In this document: positions 16,650 to 25,192 of the stretch, one piece after another | Layout of the letters: each line of letters begins with the position of its first letter | Numbering within the stretch: position 1 is the stretch's first letter | Virus record (IMG/VR): IMGVR_UViG_3300048080_000117 | Span: 1 to 38,351 of that record | Origin: a virus | Length of the DNA: 38,351 nt | Reading direction: 5' to 3' (one strand) | Made by a program: the position numbers and the translations under genes | Notes under the pieces: model-generated | What the model saw: the letters and a program-made list of their open reading frames with translations, nothing else | Databases searched by the model: none | Told to the model about the DNA's origin: nothing

Positions 16650-17077
16650 GTGTATCCCGACCCGTCCGTGCTCGCATTTACGGCGGTGGGCCAGACCCCA
16701 CGTTGCCCAGCGTGATCGCTGTCGAGCGACCGCCGATGATGGCGCAGGAAGCGCCCGCCGCCCGAAAACGGGATATGGCGTTGCCGTTGATGCTCGCCGC
16801 GTTGGCGGGGTCCAGTCTGTTCGATGCTGAGAGCACGTTTCGCGGGATCAAGGAAGGACGACTCCAGGAAGCCAATCCACTCATGCGTCCACTGGTTAAG
16901 GCTGGTCGGATACCGACCTATGCGGCCCTGATGGCAGCGAATGTCGGGCTCGGGTTGCTGGCGAAGAAAGCGAGAAAAGACAAGGTCAGCGGTTGGTGGC
17001 TGCCGCTTGTCCTGCCGACCATGACGCATACGGCGGCGGGCATCCTTGCCAGGCGCTTTCCGGGTAGGGATCGCTGA
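16646..17077 (+). CDS. multi-pass membrane protein (DUF5658-like pattern)
   Basis: Hydrophobic segments LPLMLAALAGSSL, AALMAANVGLGLL and WWLPLVLPTM, with FDAESTFRGIKEGRLQEANPLMRP between the first two. Confidence 0.5.
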   Translation: MSVSRPVRARIYGGGPDPTLPSVIAVERPPMMAQEAPAARKRDMALPLMLAALAGSSLFDAESTFRGIKEGRLQEANPLMRPLVKAGRIPTYAALMAANVGLGLLAKKARKDKVSGWWLPLVLPTMTHTAAGILARRFPGRDR

Positions 17078-18732
17078 TGCCGCTGCCACTGACAACGTTT
17101 AAACGCCACGGTTGGGCGGGTATGGTGGATAGTGGTGACCTCCGTTCAACGGAGGATGCTCGCGCCCATCTGCTCATCAACATGTATCCGGAACAGGCGA
17201 ACGTGCCGAGTGCGGCCCTCATGCGACCGGGATTCAAACATGCGCCTGCGGGGTTCGGTGCCATTGTCGCGAGCCATGCCGTGGCGTTCTTCTTTCCGTA
17301 TCAGTTTGCGGGTGGCACGGATGACGAGATCGGTGCGCTCCTCATCAGTACCGCCGGGGCTGGTGCCGTGTATGCCTACAGCATTGCTGGGGATTCGTGG
17401 TCGGTGAAAGTCGCTGCTGCCGCGTTCACCGCTGCGGGAATCAGTTTTATCGGTACCTCAACCGCCCCCCGCGCCTTTCGGTGGGTGCTGTTCAATGACA
17501 AACTGATTGTACTGGAAGTTCCGTCCACTACCACGGAGATCACAGTTGTTTGGTCATTGACCGGCGCTACCGTAGCTAACCTTACAGGACCGCTGATTAC
17601 CGGTAGACTCCCACGCTCGCTGACCGTGTACTACAGCAAGTTGGTGGTCGGGTTATTCAGTACGACCTACGGCAGAATCATTCGATGGTCCGAGGAGAAT
17701 GACGAAACCCTGGGCTACGCCACCGGAGGATACACCAACGAGTGGGAGCTCAGCCAAACAAGCCAAGAGTCCCTGACGGAAATCGTGGGGACCAACGAGG
17801 CCTTGTTTTACTGGCGGGAAACGAACATCGGGAAGATCACCGGGGCGATGTCCTCGGACTTCACGACCACGGGTGTCCATGACTCCATCAGCGAGGTGAT
17901 TGGGGCACCGCAACTCACCGAAGGCACGGGGGATAGCCGTCAGATGACGGTACCGCTGGTTCACGAGGGGACGATTTATTTTGTGGATCAGTTTAGCCGA
18001 CCGTGGGCTTTGCGTGACGGCTCCTTGCTCCCTATCTGGAAAGACATCCGCCGACAGTTTGATCCAGGTGGCACCGCGCGTAACTGGTATGAGGATGATG
18101 TCGCACTGGGAACGGCCTCCCATATCTGCTACTGCTCGGCGACGAATCACCTTCTGTTCTGGTACGGCGTGGATGGGACTCGTGCTACAGTGTGGGCGGT
18201 GGGCTTCGATCCCGAGAGCCTGCGGGCGCAAATGTTCCTTGAAGTGGTGACAGCCGTTGGAGCAGAGCCCACCACGGTCGGCTACATCGAAGCCAATCAG
18301 GCGGTGTGGCTCGGTACGGTGAACGGCAAGGCGATGTATCTCAAACTGGCGAACGTGCCGAGTGATTCAAGCGGGACCGCGCAAGTGGTTATCCGTACTC
18401 GGGTGGTGGACCAACCCATCGGATGGAATGCCAAACACGAATGGCACTTTGATCAAATCCGTCCCGTGGTCCGCTCGCCGGAAGCGGTGACGGCGACGGT
18501 GCGGTATACCATCCCCCGAACCAAAACGCCCGTGAGCCAAACTGTGGCTACAGCGGCCTCGGCTGCGGCAGAACGGAAACTGGCCGTAGGCATCAATGCG
18601 AAGGGTCGCTGGCTTCAAGTCACTACAGCGATTGCGCTGACAGGAGGCGGGGCGTTTACGGGATTGGGGCCCGCAGTGACGGGATGGGAAGTGGATGCCT
18701 TTGCTCTTGGTCACGAGCCGGCGGTGGTATGA
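17077..18732 (+). CDS. tail hub / P22 gp10-like protein (putative)
   Basis: A 551-aa beta-rich protein. By-eye resemblance to P22 gp10 (LLINMYPE vs LPVNMLATPKE; a similar C-terminal beta segment) and equivalent position. Needs an HMM check. Confidence 0.45.
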   Translation: MPLPLTTFKRHGWAGMVDSGDLRSTEDARAHLLINMYPEQANVPSAALMRPGFKHAPAGFGAIVASHAVAFFFPYQFAGGTDDEIGALLISTAGAGAVYAYSIAGDSWSVKVAAAAFTAAGISFIGTSTAPRAFRWVLFNDKLIVLEVPSTTTEITVVWSLTGATVANLTGPLITGRLPRSLTVYYSKLVVGLFSTTYGRIIRWSEENDETLGYATGGYTNEWELSQTSQESLTEIVGTNEALFYWRETNIGKITGAMSSDFTTTGVHDSISEVIGAPQLTEGTGDSRQMTVPLVHEGTIYFVDQFSRPWALRDGSLLPIWKDIRRQFDPGGTARNWYEDDVALGTASHICYCSATNHLLFWYGVDGTRATVWAVGFDPESLRAQMFLEVVTAVGAEPTTVGYIEANQAVWLGTVNGKAMYLKLANVPSDSSGTAQVVIRTRVVDQPIGWNAKHEWHFDQIRPVVRSPEAVTATVRYTIPRTKTPVSQTVATAASAAAERKLAVGINAKGRWLQVTTAIALTGGGAFTGLGPAVTGWEVDAFALGHEPAVV

Positions 18733-19097
18733 CCGCTCCCGTCATTCCCCGCCGCCAGGAACAGGTTGCCGTCAAGCGCGGCACCGCCCTGCGGGAACAG
18801 TCCGCCCCGATCGCCAATACGGATACCACGCTTTACACGGTCCCCAAAGGGAGGCGATCCACCGGGATTCTCTATGTCGCCGAACGCGGGGGGGCGAGTG
18901 CGACCTACCGAGTGGCGGTACGGAAAAGCGGCGCGGCGTTGGCGAACGCGCACTATATCGCCTACGGGAGAACGCTGGACGCGAACACGACCCATCGGTA
19001 CGAGCTGGAGCTCGACGTGGATGACGTGGTGACGATCCGCGCCTCGACCGCCGATACCACGTTCGGCTTGTACGGGTCCGAGGACCCCCGCACATGA
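18729..19097 (+). CDS. hypothetical tail-associated protein (122 aa)
   Basis: ATGA overlaps on both sides. Lies between the hub-like protein and the tail fiber. Confidence 0.5.
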   Translation: MTAPVIPRRQEQVAVKRGTALREQSAPIANTDTTLYTVPKGRRSTGILYVAERGGASATYRVAVRKSGAALANAHYIAYGRTLDANTTHRYELELDVDDVVTIRASTADTTFGLYGSEDPRT

Positions 19098-20704
19098 CCG
19101 CCCTGCATGTCGGGCTGGACGCCGATTTCTTGGACGCCCAGCACGGATCCTACTACCTGAATGCCTCGAACATGGCGAGCGGGAACTTGCCCTACGCCCG
19201 GATGCCCACCGGCTCAGGATCGTGGGATACCGGGGCAGGGACGACCATCACGATCACGCGGGCGCTGACGGTCAGTGGGGGACCGCTCACGGTTGGGGCG
19301 AACGGGATCAACGTCACCGGGACAAGCACGTTCAGCGGTGCCGTCTCGATGGGCGCGCTCACGGCGACGACGGTCACAGCCAGCGGGCTCTTGGCTGTCA
19401 CCGTGGGAAGCGGGAACGCTGCAACGTTTATGGGCGGCAACGTCGGAATCGGAACGACGGACCCAAAAGGAATGTTACATCTCGTTGGCGGGAATGTAAT
19501 TACAGATACGACTTTTGGATTATATCGTTTTTATTCGGGAACGACAGTGCGGGCTATGATTTTCAATCCCACTGCGGGAATTACCTCGATTCGTGCAACT
19601 GACAACGCTGTGACAGATGGGATTTTATTTGAAGACTATGCAGGAACTGATTTGATGTTCGTAAGACAAGACGGCAACGTCGGCATCGGGACGGCGAGTC
19701 CGGAACAGCGTCTGACTGTTCAAAAAGCAGACGGAGCATCAGGATTCGGGTCAAAATCGCAACTGCGTGTGGGCCATAGCGCCAACGAAGGAGTATACCT
19801 CACGGGCAGCGACAGGAACGCAAATGCGCTCTCTTTTGGCGGGGAATTCACTGGAGGGGACGGTGTTGAACTCTTCGCGACGAATAGCTGGACAGCAAGA
19901 GATACCGCCGCTTCAATAATCGCCGATTACGCAGGAATCGGTCTCCAGTTCTATACGAACGCAAGTTTGACAGCGGGCAGTACTTTTACCCCAACAGAGC
20001 GGATGAAAATAACAACCTCCGGCGACGTCCTAATTGGCACCACGACCCCCGCCACGGGGAGCCCGAGGCTGGATGTGGTGGGGATTATCCCCATTTGTGC
20101 TGCTGACAGCACGGGAACTGGCGGAAAAGAAGGTTGGTATACCGCGCGCCATCTGACTGCCGCCGAGGAGAATCTGGCGGTGATAGGTGCCGTCCATAGC
20201 TCTATTGATGGCAGCTTCGTGCGGATTGGTGGCGGCTCAGGTGCAGGGCTGAACGCCGTCCAGAAGATCGAGTTCTACACGGCGGCAGGCGAAATAACGC
20301 TGACCGGCACCCTCGCCGCCGACCTCACGGGCGTGGGGCCGAATGCTTTACTGGGTCTTCGGGGTGCAATGGCGATGTACGTCAAGTCTGGAGATCCGGC
20401 GACCGTCACTGATGCCGGCCACATTTACACCAAAGACGTGGCTGCATCTGCTGAAGTGTTCGTCCGGGACGAAGGCGGGACGGCGACCCAGGTTTCGCCC
20501 CACGATCCGCTGACGGGGGAGTTCTACCACTACTCCTATAATCACCGGACCCGGAAAGGCGTCCGTATCCGGCTGGAGCGGTTTGTCAACGCCGTGATCC
20601 GGGAACTGCGGCTCGATCCCAGTCTCTTTGTCGAGGATTTCTATGCGGGTGACGAGTTGGAGATCCCTGTCGTTCGCCCACCCCTTCACCTGATGGCGGC
20701 GTAA
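19094..20704 (+). CDS. tail fiber protein
   Basis: The N-terminal LDADFLDAQHGSYYLNASNMASGNLPYARMP is a common fiber N-terminal motif. GNVGIGTT-P type repeats occur three times (GGNVGIGTTDP, DGNVGIGTASP, GDVLIGTTTP). Confidence 0.75.
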   Translation: MTALHVGLDADFLDAQHGSYYLNASNMASGNLPYARMPTGSGSWDTGAGTTITITRALTVSGGPLTVGANGINVTGTSTFSGAVSMGALTATTVTASGLLAVTVGSGNAATFMGGNVGIGTTDPKGMLHLVGGNVITDTTFGLYRFYSGTTVRAMIFNPTAGITSIRATDNAVTDGILFEDYAGTDLMFVRQDGNVGIGTASPEQRLTVQKADGASGFGSKSQLRVGHSANEGVYLTGSDRNANALSFGGEFTGGDGVELFATNSWTARDTAASIIADYAGIGLQFYTNASLTAGSTFTPTERMKITTSGDVLIGTTTPATGSPRLDVVGIIPICAADSTGTGGKEGWYTARHLTAAEENLAVIGAVHSSIDGSFVRIGGGSGAGLNAVQKIEFYTAAGEITLTGTLAADLTGVGPNALLGLRGAMAMYVKSGDPATVTDAGHIYTKDVAASAEVFVRDEGGTATQVSPHDPLTGEFYHYSYNHRTRKGVRIRLERFVNAVIRELRLDPSLFVEDFYAGDELEIPVVRPPLHLMAA

Positions 20705-20705
20705 C

Positions 20706-21002
20706 ATGGCCTACGAGCAACTGACGATCAGCGAGGTACGGAGCCAGATCCTCGCGCACCTCAAAGACGCGGAGCGTAAGCATCTTGCCGCTGACGTGAA
20801 TGCAACAGTCAACGAGGAATGCGCCAAGCTCTGTACCGAGGCGGGGAATGAGCGACAGGCCAAGGAATACCAGGAAGCCGCCGCCCAACAGCGGCGTGAA
20901 GCCGAGGCGTTTCTCCGTGGCGCGGCCTTGCTCAAAACGAAATACGCCGATGTGTTAGGGTCGGGTGGCACCGCCCCCGAACCGCCGCCCGTGAGAATCT
21001 GA
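20706..21002 (+). CDS. hypothetical helical protein (98 aa), possible fiber assembly factor
   Basis: Lies immediately after the tail fiber. The function is a positional guess. Confidence 0.4.
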   Translation: MAYEQLTISEVRSQILAHLKDAERKHLAADVNATVNEECAKLCTEAGNERQAKEYQEAAAQQRREAEAFLRGAALLKTKYADVLGSGGTAPEPPPVRI

Positions 21003-21012
21003 GGAGCTGACT

Positions 21013-22008
21013 ATGGGACTGTTCGGGACCATCAAGAAGATCGGCAAGGGGATTGGCAAAGTCGGCGGCAAGGTGCTGGGGGCTGTCGGCGATGTCGGTT
21101 CCAAAGTCGCACCAGCCTTGGGATTCATTCCCGGTGTCGGGCCTGTCTTGGCAACGGGTCTCGGGGCGGCAGCGGGAGGGCTGGGTACACTCAATGATCC
21201 CGGGGCCAACTTTGGGAACTTCCTCGGCAACGCCGCGAAGGGTGGTGTCAAAGGATTGGCTGGCGGACTCGCTGGCGGTGTGGTCAAAGGAGCCATTGGG
21301 AAAGGTGGGGGACTCGGCAAAATCCTGGGTCGTGCTACTGCAGGTGGGGTCCCAGGGGCGGGTGGCGGTGGTGGTATTGTCGGGAAAATCGGCCAAGTCG
21401 GCGGTGCGCTCCTCGGCAGAGCGCCGGGCCAAGGGCTTTCCGCTGGTGATATTGCCCAACTCGGAATCGGTGGGTTGAGTGCGATCGGGGCGGGCAAAGC
21501 GGCCGGACGGTCAGCGGATCTCCAAACCGAAGCCCTGCGCCAAGCCCGTGAGGAATACGCCAGCCGTTCGCCATATCGAACGGCCACAAGTGATCTGTTG
21601 TTGGGCCGGTTCCCTTCGGAACGCCCTGATCTGTCGAGCGCCTTTGCGGGATCATCTAATCCGTTCGCCCGATCACTCCGCGCCCCATCTCCGAACGGAG
21701 CATTGCCAATAGAGCGCGAGCCGGGTGGTGGGATTCTCGGAGGTCAGCTCCCACTCGACCAAGCGCCCCAAACCCCAGATGAGGCGCGGGAACTTGTCCG
21801 GCGCGCCGTACCGTTTGCGGGTGGGTTCGGGCGACGTGAAGCCCAGGCGCCGTTGCTCGGGAATGTCCGTGACGCTGAGGAAGCTAGGAGCCTCGTGCGG
21901 CGGCGTATCCCGTTCGCGGGCCGGTTCGGACGCTTACCGGCAGGTGGGGTACCACGACCACAGCTACCACCGGGGCGCGGACCTGTCATCCGCGAGGACC
22001 TGTTGTGA
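21013..22008 (+). CDS. Gly-rich (glycine-zipper-like) internal virion / ejection-type protein
   Basis: GAGGAG at 21001..21006, 6 nt before the ATG. The first ~170 aa are G/A/L/K/V-rich with many GxxxG spacings. The C-terminal EAR-LVRR-(V/I)PFAG-FGR motif occurs twice. Confidence 0.6.
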   Translation: MGLFGTIKKIGKGIGKVGGKVLGAVGDVGSKVAPALGFIPGVGPVLATGLGAAAGGLGTLNDPGANFGNFLGNAAKGGVKGLAGGLAGGVVKGAIGKGGGLGKILGRATAGGVPGAGGGGGIVGKIGQVGGALLGRAPGQGLSAGDIAQLGIGGLSAIGAGKAAGRSADLQTEALRQAREEYASRSPYRTATSDLLLGRFPSERPDLSSAFAGSSNPFARSLRAPSPNGALPIEREPGGGILGGQLPLDQAPQTPDEARELVRRAVPFAGGFGRREAQAPLLGNVRDAEEARSLVRRRIPFAGRFGRLPAGGVPRPQLPPGRGPVIREDLL

Positions 22009-24236
22009 CCTCACCCTATTTCGGCGGGAGCCCGATCCTCAAAGCCCAACCAGGAGCCACGGCGTTGGTCAACCCACGACGGCGGGTCAGGCCGATGGTC
22101 GGGGCCGCGCCACCCGGAGGAATGCCGCAACCCGGTGCTCCCGCTCCACAGGCAGGCATGACAGCGTTCAGTCCTGGTCAGAATCTAATCGGGCAACAGA
22201 TCAATCCTGCGGCGAGCCGTCGCCTTGGCCAGTTTCAAGGGATGACCGATGCGGCAGCGGGTAAGGTGGCCTCGTTTAGCGGGGTGCCTCAGTTCCGGTC
22301 GGTGGGCACGGGACAGTATGGCCAGTACACGGGGGCGGCAGATCGTAACCTGGCGGGAGCCGAGCGCGACATTGGGCAAGTGGACATCGGCCAGTATGGG
22401 AAGATCGGCGCGACCGCGACGGGAGGGTTCGAGCGGTCACTGGACGAAGCCGGCCAGATGGCGCGGGGAGCGACGTTACCAGGATACCGACGCATCGACC
22501 CGTCAACCTTTGGGCGGTCGGAGGGTCTACTTGGGGAAGCCGGTCAGCAGATCCGGGGTCAGGAACTCCCGCAATTCCGAGGCATAGCCCCTGGTCAGTT
22601 TCAGGAATCCGACGAGGCGATGACTCTCGCCCGTGGCGAACGGTTGCCGGACTTCCGAGGCATCGGGACAGGAACCTACGGCGGGAGCCCCGAAGCAACC
22701 CGCGCCCGTGCATTGGCAGCTCAGGGCTTGGAATCGGTTTATGGAGGCCCTAACCGCCAGCAACTTGCCGAGGATACCTACCGGCGGCTGGAAGCGGAAA
22801 GCGTCCCCGAGACATCCGCGGCGATTCGCGCCCTCGGTCAACGGGCCGCGTCGTTGGGTCGGATCGGGTCGGGCATGGTAAACGAGGATGCGGGCGACAT
22901 TTTCGGGGAACGGAAGCTCAAACTCGCCAACATCCGGAAGTCTTTGGCGACCGAAAGCGCGGGGCAGGAACTCTCTGACCGGCTCGCCCGACTGAATGCT
23001 AGCTCGGAAGCGGGTGGGCAGTTCCGCTCCGAGGATCTAGCGGAAGCGGGATTCCAGCAGGGACTCCGGGGCGAGGCGCGCGGTGAACGGGGCGCGGAAC
23101 TGGATGAAGGGTACCGGCGCGCCGGGCTGGGGTTGGAACGCGCCAGCACCGTAGAGGATTTGGTTGGTCGCCGGTTTGGGCGGGAGCAGGGACTCCGGGG
23201 CGAAGCCCGAGGCGAACGGGGCGCGGAATTGGATGAAGGGTACCGCCGAGCAGGGCTGGGTTTGGAACGTGGCGGCGCTCTCCGCGGCTTGAGTGGTGAT
23301 GTTGCGGGATTGGAAGAAGCACGGCGCGGTCAGGATGTGGGTGAACGAGGCTTTGAGGCGGACCTTGCGGGCCGACGCGCTGATCTTGATCTGAGCCGAT
23401 CCGGTCAACTGGCTGGGCTCGCTGGTCAGCGGCTCGGGGAACAGCGGTTGTCTCGTGCGGAGACTGTTGGCGAACGGGACTTCGAGCGCAGTCTCGGCTC
23501 GGAACGGGCGGGACTCGCTGGCCAACGGGCGGGTATGCGATCCGCGCTTGCCGGCCAGCAGTTCGGCATGGGTGAATCCCTCCGTGGGGAGGAACGCGGG
23601 GAGCGGGGGGCGGAACTGTCCCAGAGCCTTGCGGATCTCGAAGCCCGACAGGGACAACTGGGCGACCTCTCGGCCCTCGAACGCGGCCTCGTCGGTCAGG
23701 AGGCTGGGGAACGGGAAGAACTGCGCGGGGAACGCGGCTATCAATCCGGCCAAGAACGCCAAGCCCTCGAAGATCGGCTGAGACAGGAGATCATGGAGCG
23801 TCAGTTCTTGGGCGAAGATCAGGACCGTGCGCTATCCCGGGCTGATCGGTTGGCCGCAATCGGCTACGGGGGTGATACCCGCGGTGATCTCCTCCGGGGG
23901 TCTGACATCGCCTCTGGCGAAGCGGGCGGGTTGGGGCAAACCGCAACCGACATGCTGGGGAACGTGCTGTCACGAGACCGCTCAGCCCCAAGGGCGGCTC
24001 CCTCTGCGGCGTCGAGTCCAGAACCCGTTCGGATGTGGGGCGGCGTGGAGCCTATCAGCGTGGCATCCCCACCATCCCCGACGAGGCCCGTCTTACAGCA
24101 GATCGGCCGGCAAGGTCTGACGGGTGAGTTCAGCCCGTTCCTTCGCCGTGAGGTTCCGATTCCAAGGTTGGGGCAGGACCCCAACCTGCGGAGTCCAGGC
24201 CAGCGTCTCGTCCGTAGTCGAGCCGGGCGGGGTTGA
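22005..24236 (+). CDS. repeat-rich internal virion / ejection-type protein (743 aa)
   Basis: Degenerate RG..LP.FRGI..G repeats, a tandem 43-aa unit, and many ERG/LAG repeats. Sits where P22-like phages encode ejection proteins. Confidence 0.6.
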   Translation: MTSPYFGGSPILKAQPGATALVNPRRRVRPMVGAAPPGGMPQPGAPAPQAGMTAFSPGQNLIGQQINPAASRRLGQFQGMTDAAAGKVASFSGVPQFRSVGTGQYGQYTGAADRNLAGAERDIGQVDIGQYGKIGATATGGFERSLDEAGQMARGATLPGYRRIDPSTFGRSEGLLGEAGQQIRGQELPQFRGIAPGQFQESDEAMTLARGERLPDFRGIGTGTYGGSPEATRARALAAQGLESVYGGPNRQQLAEDTYRRLEAESVPETSAAIRALGQRAASLGRIGSGMVNEDAGDIFGERKLKLANIRKSLATESAGQELSDRLARLNASSEAGGQFRSEDLAEAGFQQGLRGEARGERGAELDEGYRRAGLGLERASTVEDLVGRRFGREQGLRGEARGERGAELDEGYRRAGLGLERGGALRGLSGDVAGLEEARRGQDVGERGFEADLAGRRADLDLSRSGQLAGLAGQRLGEQRLSRAETVGERDFERSLGSERAGLAGQRAGMRSALAGQQFGMGESLRGEERGERGAELSQSLADLEARQGQLGDLSALERGLVGQEAGEREELRGERGYQSGQERQALEDRLRQEIMERQFLGEDQDRALSRADRLAAIGYGGDTRGDLLRGSDIASGEAGGLGQTATDMLGNVLSRDRSAPRAAPSAASSPEPVRMWGGVEPISVASPPSPTRPVLQQIGRQGLTGEFSPFLRREVPIPRLGQDPNLRSPGQRLVRSRAGRG
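23058..23270 (+). repeat. tandem coding repeat, 129-nt period, two copies of a 28-codon identical peptide
   Basis: 23058..23141 and 23187..23270 both encode QGLRGEARGERGAELDEGYRRAGLGLER. They differ at 10 positions, all synonymous. A third, degenerate copy (LRGEERGERGAEL) lies near 23585. Confidence 0.9.
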
Positions 24237-25192
24237 TGGCGCTCAATTTCTCCGCGCTGCTCGGCGCTCTGCGACCGATAGGGCAGGGTATCGCCCAAGG
24301 GCAGGAACGCCGGGAGCAACGGGCCAAAGAGCAGGAGGAACGTGAACGCCAGCGAGAACAGGAGATCCTAGAACGGGAACTCAAGAATCTCAACCTGACA
24401 GCCTTGCGGGAACAAGCCGCCGCCCGGAAACGACGGGAAGAACAACTCGCGGCCTTGGCCCAGAGTCGGCCCGAGCTCTCGGAACTGCCGGACGAGGAAC
24501 GGGCGCAAGCGGCACTGACGCAGGCCACTCAGCGTTCCACTACTCCACGGCAACGACAAACCGTGTTCACCGATCAGGGCTTGTTGGAGTTTGATGAAGA
24601 ATCGGGTGAGTGGATACCGGCGAGAGTGAGCGGAGGTCAGGGACCAGTACGGCAACCCTCACCGTCGCCGGGCTTGGTTACGTCACGCGAAGGGGTACGG
24701 GTTCCCGACGTGCCGGGAACTGAGGTCGCGCCACCGGGAGGAACGGGGAGTGCGGCGCTTGTGAAAGCCGTGACGGTGAATCGGGGCAAAATCAAGGTCA
24801 TTGACGACGCGCTGCTCAAACTCCGCCAGCGTCCTGAAGGTGTCGGAGTCAAGGGCTTGGTGCCGGACATCGTACTTCAGCGCATGGACCCTGAAGGGGT
24901 CGCTCTCCGCGCAGCCATCGCGGACATCGGATCGTTGGTGATCCATGACCGATCCGGGGCGGCGGTGACGGCGGCTGAGATGCCACGGCTGGAACCGTTC
25001 ATTCCCCGCGACTACGACACGCCGGCAACATTGCGAACCAAGTTGCAGCGCATGAAGGAGATTATCGAGGAGGAAACCAGTTTCCTCGATGAGAACCGGC
25101 AGCGAAGTGGTACGCCACCGACCCCCGCTACCAGACCGACGCCGCGAGCGTCAACTGGGGTGCCGACACGGTTTCTTCCGGGTGCGCGATGA
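24236..25192 (+). CDS. hypothetical virion/ejection-type protein with a charged coiled coil
   Basis: ATG 24236 overlaps the upstream TGA (TTG 24233 is also possible). Contains an ERREQRAKEQEERERQREQE helical tract. Confidence 0.55.
   Translation: MALNFSALLGALRPIGQGIAQGQERREQRAKEQEERERQREQEILERELKNLNLTALREQAAARKRREEQLAALAQSRPELSELPDEERAQAALTQATQRSTTPRQRQTVFTDQGLLEFDEESGEWIPARVSGGQGPVRQPSPSPGLVTSREGVRVPDVPGTEVAPPGGTGSAALVKAVTVNRGKIKVIDDALLKLRQRPEGVGVKGLVPDIVLQRMDPEGVALRAAIADIGSLVIHDRSGAAVTAAEMPRLEPFIPRDYDTPATLRTKLQRMKEIIEEETSFLDENRQRSGTPPTPATRPTPRASTGVPTRFLPGAR

Noticed and set aside
20955-21587. A 210-aa Pro-rich minus-strand ORF
   Set aside because: It is the antisense reading of GGN-rich glycine codons in the Gly-rich gene. 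This is an expected artefact.
23037-23762. A 241-aa minus-strand ORF antisense to the repeat-rich 743-aa gene
   Set aside because: It mirrors the sense-strand repeats (its own repeats are the reverse complement). Composition is off-frame-like, and it lies inside a coupled + strand operon.
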